A DNA stretch of 63,377 bases, filler included, from Choristocarpus tenellus KU-1152 (lineage: Eukaryota > Protista > Phaeophyceae), in NCBI GenBank assembly GCA_964200185.2. It is 4 parts of 4 records of this genome, joined end to end, with 100 filler letters (N's around TTAATTAATTAA, not from the genome) between each part and the next. Parts side by side here need not be neighbours in the genome. Positions count along the whole stretch, not along the records: positions 30,447 to 53,919 come from CAXNAD020000242.1; positions 54,020 to 57,012 come from CAXNAD020023069.1; positions 57,113 to 63,377 come from CAXNAD020008537.1; 1 more part is not named here. One strand, written 5' to 3'. The notes below the pieces were generated by a model that was not told the DNA's origin, did no database searches, and saw only the letters and a list, made by a program, of their open reading frames with translations. A program made the translations under genes and the position numbers. Positions 52,001 to 63,377 of the stretch are shown one piece after another. The stretch's first letter is position 1, and each line of letters starts with the position of its first letter.

Positions 52001-53847
52001 AACAAATAATATTTACCCACCCGCACAATCTTCTTACATATTCTTCCCATAAAACAGTATTCGGCACACGCATGCTTTTGCAAGACATCGTCTTTGTCAT
52101 CTCATTCACTTGTTGTCCGTGGAGGATGTACATCATGCTTCAACAAAACAGCAACACACACCAACTGGAGCCATTACAACAAGATTGAACCGCTGGAGTC
52201 TGAGGGGGTTGCTCCCAGCTTCAAGTTGACGCAGCAGTATGTATACCTTTAGGAAAATGAGCGATCGTGGCTGGCTGTGTTACGAGGAAGCATTTTTTTT
52301 TTCAACATTGCTTTCTATGTCCGTCAGCAAGGAGAAAGGCACCCTGCAATGAAATTGCCTGCAGATAGCACCGAATCATATGAAGATATACCAGCAATGA
52401 GGGACAGTCCTTCGCCATTCCCAATAATGGACAGCATCAACAAATATTAGAATAACCGAATTAAAGTGATAAAATATGAGTAAGTAGTAAGCTAAGTCAT
52501 GGCCTGTAGTAGATCATACGCGACACCTGCTTCAAGGGATATTTAAGTAATGAAGGTTTGTTCTCGCTCAAGATGTGGAATTATTATCGAAAATGGATCC
52601 TTGACAACAGTCATGAAAATGCGTTGGCAGAACACAAAATAGGCAGTCTTCTAGCACAAAGATTCGCAGAAGTCTTGTTCAAAGCAACTGGGCTTGGTTG
52701 GCCCGCCAATTTGGGGTCTGATCTATCTATCCACAGCACAGACCTACCCCTCTCTAGGCCAACAGATTAGGTGGGAAGGAATTTGGACAGAGTTGGGGGC
52801 TTAACTACCCCAGCACTATACATTGGTGCTGCATGTCTGCACCCACCTATCTACCACAGTCGTTGCCACAGCAACACCAACTCCTTCCCTCAACAAAACT
52901 ACACCAGGCATGACCTACCCCATGATGGACCCGTATTTGTCTTCTTTTCCAATGTTCCGTGTCACTGTCCAAAATAGAGTTTTGCTTTCAAGATACAAAC
53001 TTTTAGTTTAAACTGTGGAGTTTAGTGATCCATGTTCAATGGTGGACAAGATATTTTTTTTATACATGGTCGTGTGAAGGAACTGTATAAAACGAAATCA
53101 TTACGTTGCTTTTACTATTCTTGTCTTTACTCTAGTCGGGGTATCATCCCGACCTGTTGTCAGAGGCACTACACACTGCACTACGTCTCATGCTGCTACT
53201 GCTTTTTAACTGTTGCACTACGACCAATTGCACTGCCTCCATCCCTGCCATGCTACTTGCGCGTTGGCTTCGTCAATTCACAGCTCATTGCTCAATCTTC
53301 TCCTTTGAATCTTGTACTGGACCCACCTCGAAGTTTGCTCGGTCCAGCGTTTTTGTGATATAGTGACAGACAGAATAGTGTAGGTGTACAATCCGTTGTC
53401 CTTGACAATTGAAATTGGATAATTGAACCAGGTTTCCGTGAAAAGAAGTCTGGCGCCGAAGGGGCATCCCAAAAAGGGGACCTGTCCCTGACATGGTGTA
53501 AGTAATAAAATCATTCTGTCAGTATCTCATTGTTTCTTCTTGTTTGTTTGCAGAGTAGGGCGATGCCATGACGACTGTAGTTACGTACACTGATTTTTCT
53601 GGTACGAGCGAATTCAACACACAAGGACTACTACTCTGAACAATGCACGTCCCAAGTTAGAGATGTTTGAAGTATTGTGTAGTCCAACTACTACTAATAC
53701 TACTTGGTAGTTTGTAGAGTGGAGGATGACATCGAAACCACACAACAGAACGATACACCTCTTCATATATATTAACCGATCAATTTGAACACATCTTGAG
53801 AGCCTGAGTACCTCGGGTGTCGCTGTGTTGTGTCACATGGCGCAATG

Positions 53848-54173
53848 AACAGCCTCTCACCAAAATCGAGTATGGAGCATACTATGGAGGATGGGTTTGA
53901 CCCAAAATGGTGCGCGGAANNNNNNNNNNNNNNNNNNNNNNNNNNNNNNNNNNNNNNNNNNNNTTAATTAATTAANNNNNNNNNNNNNNNNNNNNNNNNN
54001 NNNNNNNNNNNNNNNNNNNTTTTTGAACAAAAATATATCCCATTCAGAAAGGGGCCCTAAAAAAGTGCCGCAACAATTACAAAAAGAAACATATGGACAC
54101 TTTCCGCGCACCATTTTGTGTCAAACCCATCCCCTATAGTATGCTCCATCCTCAATCTTGCTGAGAGGCTGTT
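53848..54173. repeat. 72-bp inverted repeat arms on either side of gap 2 (53848-53919 and 54102-54173)
   Basis: The arms are reverse complements with 7 mismatches in 72 bp (hand count). Confidence 0.85.
53920..54019. other. Artificial linker / gap
   Basis: 44 N + TTAATTAATTAA + 44 N. Confidence 0.97.
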
Positions 54174-54453
54174 AACTGAAAAGAAACCACCACTGGATGC
54201 ACAATGTGTCTATACGTAATTCACCTCGCAGTTACCTTCGACGCATTCATTGGAATATTAGTAGAAAGACCAGAAAGCCTTGGGTCTATCCTACTGCTTT
54301 ATTTCGACATTCACTCTATGCTGGATTGCAAACGATCCTTGCAAACAGAAGGAAGAGGAGTAGTCACAAAACTGGAAACAAACCTTTACAAACACCTGAA
54401 AACAATGTAGAGTCCATATTTTTTCGTGTACACTTTCGGTGCATTGCTGTACG

Positions 54454-54710
54454 GAGTGAAAGTATCTTAGAGGGCACGATTTTTGCCCTGTTTGTCGATT
54501 TGGATCTTGGCTTCCCATGGGTTCTTTTATGACATTTTTCGTACTCAAAAATGTTTAGGAGCAGGTAATTTTACATGTTTTGAAAACGTGTCCGGAACAT
54601 GGATATTGACACATGCTAACAAACACAATAGCCAAAATTACATCAAAAATGCAACATTGGACTTTGGCCCCCAAATGGACGCGGCTGTACCCTCTAAGAT
54701 ACTTTGGCTC
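54454..54710 (+). mobile_element. MITE family A, copy 2 (257 bp)
   Basis: TIRs GAGTGAAAGTATCTTAGAGGG / CCCTCTAAGATACTTTGGCTC; 3-bp TSD ACG. Confidence 0.92.
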
Positions 54711-55199
54711 ACGGGTCTGTATAATTGATAGCTAATGCTGTCAAGATTATGCTTGTCAATTTGTGAGAATAACGTAAGGTTCGAAGTCATATTGGATGTA
54801 CGAACAAACAACGATGCGGGACATTCGGGATATTTCTATGGGGTACTTGATGAGACAAAGTTCCCGCGGAATGTTAAGAGTAGGAGAGTTTCTGAAGTGT
54901 TGTAGATAACTGTTGGGTAATTTGGTATCGTGAGTTATTTGTTGTAAAGTTTGGTAAACCCCATTTGGTGATGGTGTCTATTAAACAATAATGTAGCTGG
55001 TAGTGTGGAACAACAGATCGTTAAGAACAGCTTAACTTGCTATAGCACTTTTAAAGCGTGCTTGTGTAGTTAATATATTGGGACTTTAGCTATCACAGGA
55101 AAGGGAGTCGAGACAAACAAGATGATGCCCAGATCAAGATTCAATTCAAGTCTGAACTCCATTGATGACTGAGTCGAAGAACCATCAATGACCACTAGG

Positions 55200-56973
55200 G
55201 GGGGGGAGATTCAGGATGGGACATCAGCTGTGCAAGGAGGCAGGGTTGGAGTTGGGGCTAGAGATATGGTAGCCGTGGGGGGACTAGACTCGTATTTGCA
55301 CACAAGTTGAAACAATATTCCTCGAAGCAACCAGTGTTCAAGCGGGAACCATGAACTTGGAGGAAGTGGAGTAGACCATTCCTTGCCCATGCTCTCTCGT
55401 CGGGATGGAGGAAGCCACTGGTAACAACGAGTGAAAGTATCTTAGAGGGTACGAGTTTTGCCCTGCTTGTCCACTTGGGGATTGGCTTCCTATGGGTTTT
55501 TTAATTACATTTTCCTACTCCAAAATGTTTAGGAGTAGGTAAAATGTATACTTTATGAAAAGGTGTGTCCGGAACAAGGATATTGACACTTCCTAACCCA
55601 CACGATTGCGAAAATTACATCAAAATCACAACATTGGATTTGGGCTTCAAATGGACGCAGCTCTAACCTCTAAGATACATTGGCTCAACGGGACACCTGA
55701 GGGTCTTGCCGTTGGACCATTCCGCGACTGGCGTAGGCCCGTACCTTCATCGAGCGACGACATACACAATCAACGGACTTCAAGAGGCTACAGCTGGACC
55801 TGCCTTGGATGTTGTTTTGACGTACAAATCTCCGAGCTAAAGCATTCGCCGCACTCATTAAGAATCGCGCTCATTCTGGGCAAACCGAGAGAAATCTTGT
55901 GAAATGGCAATTGATGGAGATATGATGCTGGTACCTGGGGGATCCTGTTGACATCATAAAACCAGCAGGAGGCTCTTAAAAGGAGCTGAAGAGTCTGGGA
56001 AGTTTGGTGACTGAAGAAGATCGAGTGGGTTGGCTTCAAAATTCACTCGGTGATGAATACATTGACTTATTATACCAGATAGATGATGACGAGTCGCCAC
56101 AGGTGCGGAAGAAACCGTAAAAGTTAGTCTCGAAGAAATACCGTTTACCCTCTTTCCGAAGGGGGACAGAATCGGCTGGGGTGAGAGCTGGCGCACGGGT
56201 GGCAGTACGGCAATCCAGAAGTACTGGTGGGCAACCTGGTTGTTGGGAATGTAGCGGACCTCACTTCCGATCCAAGTGCCCACAACCCAAGAAGCAGAAG
56301 GAGACTGAAGGGGGTATTACCTGTTTTGTTTGCAAGGGATTAGGTCACCAAAGCTTTGAATGTCCACATAAAGAATGTTTTGTAAAGGGGTCTGGAATCT
56401 CAAAACATCCTAAGGAAGAAGAATCAGGTGGGGGGAAATGGTACTGGTAACAAGGGAGCAGAACTAAAATCAGACGGATCTGGTGCAATAAGACTAAGAT
56501 TGGGAAGTTTCTCGGTAACAAATCGAGTTATCTTGCCAGTAAGGTGAAAACATTTCCATTCAAGAGACCATCATGGGTTCAGGTTTGGATTTGGTACAGT
56601 CGACACACATAACTTCACATCGACCAATAAAAACATGTTTAGTTGGGAGCCTTGTGATGGAACAGTTGAAGTTGAAGGTGGTGGAACACTTGACGTTGTG
56701 GGGAAGGGGGATATCAAATTGGAGTGTGTTCTTTGTGGTAAACTGGAGACTGTTATCTTCACTGATGTACTCGTGGTGCCTGGTCTTGGTGTAAACTTGT
56801 ATTCTGCCAAGGCTTGCATGCGAGACAGTCGCAGTTTCCGGTCCATCGACTGCACTAGAAGATCAACCTTTAGGGACAATGGGGAACGAAATTTTACATC
56901 ATTGGGGGAGGAAGATTTATTTTCGTTAGGGATGCGAAGAATAAGTGCGATGAACTTGTCAGACTCTACTACT
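55200..56973 (+). mobile_element. Decayed Ty1/Copia gag-protease fragment (start approximate)
   Basis: Gag-like ..KELKSLGSLVTEEDRVGWLQNSLGDEY; zinc knuckles CWECSGPHFRSKC and CFVCKGLGHQSFEC; degenerate protease site LDLVQSTHIT followed by VVGKGDI..FTDVLVVPGLGVNLYS. Confidence 0.85.
55429..55686 (+). mobile_element. MITE family A, copy 3 (258 bp), inserted in the Copia gag region
   Basis: Same TIRs and body as copy 2; 3-bp TSD AAC. Confidence 0.92.
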
Positions 56974-57128
56974 GACCCAAAGTATCTGGGAGGGGGGGGA
57001 GGGTCTACACCANNNNNNNNNNNNNNNNNNNNNNNNNNNNNNNNNNNNNNNNNNNNTTAATTAATTAANNNNNNNNNNNNNNNNNNNNNNNNNNNNNNNN
57101 NNNNNNNNNNNNCCAGATACTTTGACCC
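56974..57128. mobile_element. MITE family B termini on both sides of gap 3
   Basis: GACCCAAAGTATCTGG..GGGTCTACACCA before the gap matches the left end of 1796-1971; CCAGATACTTTGACCC after the gap matches its right end. Confidence 0.7.
57013..57112. other. Artificial linker / gap
   Basis: 44 N + TTAATTAATTAA + 44 N. Confidence 0.97.
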
Positions 57129-60100
57129 CCAGGTGCAGGTATACCCACGACGACTCCATAGTACCTATGGGCTACTTCGCATATGTGTCCCAAGATAAGC
57201 AGAGTACTACCCTAGCGAACGAGTCGTGCACGATGGCAGCCTTGTCAGACTCCCATCTGCATTACCTGGCTGCAATGCAGGACTTTGAATTTCCACCACT
57301 ATTTGCGAACAGCCAGACCGATTCCGAAACGTCCAAGTTGCCTTGAAGGTGCGCCCTGGAGTCTCAAGCTCCAGGGAACTTAGCCACTGTAGCCATAGGA
57401 AGCATGACCCCACACCCACCTCGACAATATTATTCGCTATGTCACCTGTCCAACGACGAACTAGTCAAGTATGGATATCTGCACTGCTATGGCATCCTGT
57501 ACAGATACTCCTTGACACAGGTGCAGGAGGTGGGAACTACATTTCGTCTGCTTTTTGGCGCAGCACTGCTCTCTGGGGGGTAGATCCTGCCTACTGCACC
57601 TTAACCAGGCAGGCAAAGGTACGTTGCAAGCAGCAAATCCGAAAGGATGCAATATTCCACCAATGCACGTATTGGGGTCCTGCATACTGCCAATATTGTT
57701 TCCCCCGGAGGATAGAGTCCGCAATGTGACATTTAGAGTAGTGGAAGGCCTACCTTATGGGATATTTCTAGGAGCAGCATTCTGTAGGCAGTACAAGAGC
57801 ATACTGTCATTGTGTGAAGGGGATGACTTTCGACCAGCTCCGCACTCACCATGGGTATCTTTTGCTCGAGCAGTAACACCCAGAACTCGTGATAAAAGTG
57901 TACCCCTGTCACCCTTAGGGGAATGGCAAGCATCAACGACACCCACAACCCGACCATCCAAATATAACAGACTACCTCTTAACACCCCCAGACCAGCTGG
58001 GTGTAGAGAACCCCCCCCTGACATACTTCCCAGATACCCAAGATGCACTAGTACACCAACCGGTGAACATACGTAACCAAGGGAAGAACATGCAAATTTT
58101 TTATGTAGACCCAGAAGAAGGTACCTCAGATGCGGATCCGGAAGCAGGTACCACGGCAATAAATCTTACCCAGGACAAGGATCCTCTGATCCCATAACTG
58201 GAAATCCAGGTCTAATACCCCTCCCAGTAGAGTTAGTGTGGGGGGACGACGGGATACTGCAGTGGTAATTGCGTTTGTCAGAAGTAGCACATGTAGAAGG
58301 GTTTGTTAGCAAAGTTTGCAAAGGATTTTTTAAGGGGGGACAACCACAATCCAGGCAGTTGGTGGTGATTGAGCCCTTGTCAGAGTATAACTTGGAATTA
58401 GGAAATGCTATTGGAGTTGTCAAAGGTGTATAATGGTGGAACCCAGGAACTCCCATCTATTGCGAGCTGGTAAACACGTGCAGTAAACCAAGTAGTGTCC
58501 AAGCATGGCTGCTAGTTGCAAAGGCGATTGTGCTGAATGCTCAAGATGCAGAGAGGATGGTTGCACTCTTTCAAACACTAACCAAACCCTCCAAAGGTCC
58601 TCAAAGAACACAGGTCCTGCCTGCCACCACTCATTCCCAGACAAGTCGTTCTCCAGAGCCAGACGAGACTAGCGACGTTCAGATGAAGCCATGGGGGTCC
58701 GGCATCAATCGGTTGAGCCTAAGCGATGCCATTATGGGACAGTTGACGGCAGGACAAAAGGAGCAGTTGGTGGGATTGCTAGAAGAATTTAGGAATTGAA
58801 GGGTATTCCCAGAAGACCCTAAGCGAGTTCCCCCGTGCTCTAGAGGAGTGCTGCATATACCACTCATAGACGAGAACTGTACACCCTACGCAGCGAAACA
58901 AAGGCGCTTCTCTCCTGAAGAAGGGTTCTAGCATATTGACAGGCTGAAAGGTTCTAGCTATTTTACTGCCATAGATTTAGCGGCAGGATTCTATCAACTA
59001 GAGATCGCAGAGGTAGACAAACACAAGACAGCCTTCCGTGATGCTCATGGGCAATTTTGAGAGTATAACATTTGACTTTGGCTTTAAAATCTTACATTCA
59101 TATTCTCTAGTTACTTGAGATAGGCGTTAGGAGATCTCAAAGGAAACGGTGTTGAAACTGGCTAGATGATCGTTTTTGCTATACTTCATCATTTGATGAG
59201 CACATGACCAAACTTCGCCTCCTTCTGACCAGACTCAAGCAAGCAATACAGTTTGTCTGTGAATTTTCCCAAGTCCCTGTGGTACATGCCCTCACAGGAA
59301 TTTGTGGGGATGAAGGTAGGCAAAGATGGCTTGAGCCCTGCTTCATCCAAAATGATAGCAATAGCAAACTTGATCCCCCATCCACACTCGAGCAGCTAAG
59401 AAGTTTCTTAGACAGGTCAGGATACATGCGACAGTTTGTTCCGAACTATGGCCAACTAGCTGCACCACCGACTGGCATTCTTCGATATAAAGGGTATGCT
59501 TCCGAAAGAGACAGTAAGAAGAATATCCCTTGGGATCAAAAGGGAAGAAGGCATTTGAAGAACTTAAGGTGCGTCTGGTTTCTCTACTAATCCTAGTCTT
59601 TCCTGACTGGGAAAAGCCGTTCCTCCTCCATACAGATGCGAGTGAGGAAGGGGCTGGAGCAACGCTGACCCAGGTACAGGATGACCAAGAACATGCCATA
59701 GCATATGCTAGCCGTAGATGGTCTAAAACAGATAGTAGAAGAGCACCCACTGAAAGATAATGCATGGCTATCTTGTGGGCTGTAGAACACTTCCGTTCCT
59801 GCATTTGGGGTAGGAAATTCATTGTAGTCACTGACTGCTCAGCACTGACTTGGTTCTGTAAGCGTCGTGAACCTAGCCCTAAGCTCAACAGGTCGGCCCT
59901 TAGCCTTATGGACCATGACGTGGAACTGAAGTGGAGAGCAGGTTCGAAGCACCAGCTACCAGACGGACTGTCACGACTCTCCCCACCAACTACATCAGGT
60001 TTGGATATCGACTATTCTTTTATTGACGATCCGTCAGTAGCTTGTTGCAAGAGCTATGCTGGACCGAGAGGACCCATCATAGATGGTGTATGTTTGCAGG

Positions 60101-60913
60101 ATTTAGGTACATCAGACCTAAACCCAGGTCATCCCACAATGTCCCCTTGCTCTCTCCCTGCTTTAGTAGATTCCGAGAGTCTAGAATGCACTTCTCCCTC
60201 ACATGATGAACCGAGGCTAGGGGTAGCACACATGTTACTTCATGGAACAGTTGATACCACATTCCCAGGAATACTGTCAGCACTGCAAAGTTGCCGCACG
60301 GAACCTGATAGTCGCAACTTAGGCGTTGGAGGTTGGCTACCGCTCAGTAGACTCCATGATCAAAGTTTACCAGTGCCTATATCCCTCCCCCCTCTGGTTG
60401 GATGGGCCCCGATAAGAAGCCTTGTGTGGGCCCGACACCTGCCTCACAGCAACCTTTTCCCCCGCTTAACGCCACCAACACTTTTTGCTGGCAACCTGAC
60501 CCTACCCTCGAAGACAGGGTAGAAATAAAAGGAACAGCAGGAGAAGAGAATCCACCATGCAAGAAAAGGTGCAAAGGTGCACCAAGGCCAAAGAACAAGA
60601 AGGGTAGTGACAGAGCAGTCCGAATGAGTGAGATGGTTCAACATCACCCCACTCTCAAGAGAGCAATGGCTACTCTCACACACATGCCAGAGTTAGTGCA
60701 GGGGCAGAAGAAAGATCCCTTCTTGGGCAGTATACGGGGTGTCCTCGAAGGCCAAGAACGCTGGAAGTCGTCGCCCGAGTGGGGGAAAGGTGTTGAGAAG
60801 CTTGACGCACATGAGGCTCGTCGCCGGAAGCTAGCTGTTGAATTACATGGTAAAGCACACACTGAATTATTAGTTGCCTGTCAACCATCCATCATCACTG
60901 AGGTGTGGATTAA
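57129..60913 (+). mobile_element. Decayed Ty3/Gypsy pol (protease, RT, RNase H), interrupted before integrase
   Basis: LLDTGAG protease; YFTAIDLAAGFYQL..KHKTAF and WLDD for RT; PDWEKPFLLHTDAS..IAYASR..AILWAVEHFR..FIVVTDCSAL for RNase H. Many stops and frameshifts. Confidence 0.93.
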
Positions 60914-63377
60914 TGTTGACTTATTATCTTTTATATACGTACGTACTCTGTATCATACCTAACCAAATATAAACGTACGTATAACCTATGTTGTAGACTT
61001 GTGTCAGCACAAACAACGTAAGGATATCACTAGGTTATTCGACATCCTCCCCTTGCTGAAAACAAGTATTAACTCTCAAACATCATAAAACAAAAAAATC
61101 AAATCAAATCAAAAACAAATGTTGTGTCAGATGTTCATCAAAAACTTCACATGTTGCCTAAAAACTCGAACTGGCAAATATTTGGTCAAGACATCTGCCC
61201 TCTGGTTTGCTGTACCAACAAAAACAACACGAATCTCTCCTTTTCTAGATAAATCCCTTAAAAAATGATGTCGGACATCTATGTGCTTTGTTCTAGTAGA
61301 GCTTGTGGCATTTCGTACTAGTTTGCATGCACCATCATTATCCTCAAACAAATCAATGCAACGCCTAGGAAACTGTGGCTGAATAAACTCAAAAACACTT
61401 CTCAAGAAAAGTAATTCCTGTGCCACACTACTAAGTGCTATGTATTCACTCTCTGTGGAAGACAGAGCTACAACTCTTTGCACCTTTGACGTCCAAGATA
61501 TTGCTCCTCCTGCAAACATAATTGCTCCTCCAGTCACTGACCTACGATCATTCCAGTCTCCAGCACAACTAGAATTAGCATATGCACTCAACTCACACTC
61601 AGTATCAAAACCACCAAAACTCAATCCAACACTGGGACACGTATTCAAATATGCTAAAATACATTTCACTGCACGCCAATGAGTGACTTTGGGATTGCTA
61701 CTGTACTTGGCAACTTCACGAACTGCATTTGCAATGTCAAGCCTAGTCATAACAGATGCCCACATCAAACTACCAACTGCCTCTCTGTACGGTGTACTTT
61801 CATCAACACTTTGATGATTCTCACTCTTGTCTAGAGCCCTTGAGAGATCATGGGGTACCGACCTCTTCTTTGCCCCATCCATACCAAATCTTTGACAAAC
61901 ACTCTTAATGTACCTAGTCTGACTGATGGTAACAGTATGTGCATTTCTGTCACGTGAAATCTCACAACCCATATAATACTCAATATCACCAAAATCTTCT
62001 ATGGAAAACTGCTCTTTAATCCTAGAACGAACCCAAATCAAAACATCTATTTTACCAGCTACTAATAGATCATCTACGTGGGGGGCTATCACAGCACAAA
62101 CAACGCCATCTCTTACATAGCGTAACACACAAGGGTCTGCTCTACATTGCTCAAAACCACATTTTTCCAAAACGTGCACCAACAGATTATTGAACTCTCT
62201 GCTTGCTTGTTTGGTGCCATAAAGTGCCTTGATCAAACGCACAATCTTTCCAGACCATATACCACATCCATCACATAAACGAACAAAAATCTCTTCATTA
62301 ATATCTGCTTGTATAAATGCTTGTTTAACATCCCAATGTTTCAATTCCCAATCCTTGTCTGCAGCTAAAGCTAAAACCATTCTCAAAGATGCAGGGGACG
62401 GTGTTGGTGCAAAGGTATCTTGATAATCTAAACCCTCAATCTGTCGAAAATCTTTTGCTACCAAACGCGCCTTGTGTCTAACTACCTCACCAAATTTGTT
62501 GATTTTACGTTTGTGAATCCATTTCGTGTCTATAGCTCTGCGTCCAGGGGGTAATACAGCCTCTACCCAAACCTTATTCAACAACAAACCAGACATCTCT
62601 TCAGCTCTAGCTCGATCCCATAAATCACATTCGGGAGAGCTACGTGCTGCTCTTACAGTCTTAGGTTCTGGGGGGAGCTCATTGGCTAACACTCTGATAG
62701 AATCATCACTCGCACATATTACAAGGGTAGTCTCTATTGAAACAGACAAACAAATCATAAAAAATTGGACATATTAAAAACAGCAGCTTTGGCGGAAGTA
62801 TTGCCTAATCTGGTGCGACGGGGTAGGATGTTGTCTTCACCATTTCCAATGCTGAATCGTCGTAGTTCCCTTTCACATTGATTGTACTGGGTTTGATCCA
62901 TCCCATCATCCTCACCATCATTTTCGTCATCAAAAATGCTTTCCACAATCTCCTCCACAAGTTCACTATCACTTAGTCCACCTTCAATCCAGGTGATCCC
63001 ATTATCGTCACATTCACCCCCCATCTCCTGGATTTCTCTGGTCTGTTTTTTAGCATGTGGAGGGAGGATGTATCCAGGAGTGTCGTCCAAATTGTCAGTA
63101 GCCCTTCGTCGTGCATGGGGGGGAAGGATGTAACCAGGATTGTCATCCAAGTCTTCATTACCCCGGTCGAAATCAGAGGTTGGAAAACGAACTCTACCAT
63201 CCTTTGCTGGGTGCCAATGTATGTTGGCACATTGAATGACACGATTTGTAGTGATGTCCAGGATGCGGAAAGTGCCACGGGGTTGGTTTTCAGATATACC
63301 AACCATGATGCATTGTTGTCCACGACTCCCAAGCTTATGTCCAGGGTGAGACTTGTAGTATCCAGGGGTACCAAAAG
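60914..63377 (-). mobile_element. Ty1/Copia retrotransposon 3' part: integrase C-terminus, RT-RNase H ORF (61127-62758), PPT and 131-bp 3' LTR (60914-61044)
   Basis: HKLGSRGQQCIMVG (integrase SH3 region), HKARLVAK, DVKQAF, LIKALYGTKQ, HVDD, YREAVGSL, VALSSTESEY, RTKHIDVRHHFLRD, ADVLTK. PPT AGGGGAGGA then TGTCGA...TCAACA LTR. Confidence 0.97.
63052..63152 (-). repeat. 60-bp in-frame duplication in the Copia integrase-RT linker
   Basis: Encodes LDDNPGYILPPHA and LDDTPGYILPPHA, 20 aa apart. Confidence 0.85.

Noticed and set aside
54762-55016. 5' LTR of the Copia gag fragment
   Set aside because: TG...CA bounds are possible, but no recognisable primer-binding site or second LTR confirms them.
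58000-58041. Extra MITE B left end inside the Gypsy element
   Set aside because: Short, low-complexity similarity (G-run, GTATCTGGG) within an open Gypsy frame, with no partner end.

Overview
Eukaryotic nuclear DNA, most likely a photosynthetic stramenopile (brown alga or close relative). This is inferred from the intron-dense genes, a bipartite signal+transit presequence on a plastid enzyme, and the transposon types. The window is four sequence pieces joined by three identical artificial 100-nt linkers (44 N + TTAATTAATTAA + 44 N). Piece 1 (1-30346) holds a decayed CRE-type non-LTR retrotransposon with a MITE inserted, three spliced genes (BSD-domain protein, plastid LPAAT, CAAX protease RCE1 with a 7.4-kb intron), strongly CpG-depleted TE debris and the 3' end of a Copia element. 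Piece 2 (30447-53919) holds the 3' end of a TBC1D13-like RabGAP, an intronless 295-aa orphan ORF, a ~29-exon PPi-dependent phosphofructokinase made of fused beta-like and alpha-like halves, and a possible unannotated spliced transcript. Pieces 3-4 hold a Copia gag-protease fragment, MITEs, and a decayed Gypsy element with a younger Copia nested in it. The most notable observations are the beta/alpha PFP fusion, two MITE families sharing an AAAGTATCT terminal motif, and a CpG-island versus CpG-desert pattern. I found no clear new multi-gene system. Exon borders were read by eye from splice signals and protein motifs.
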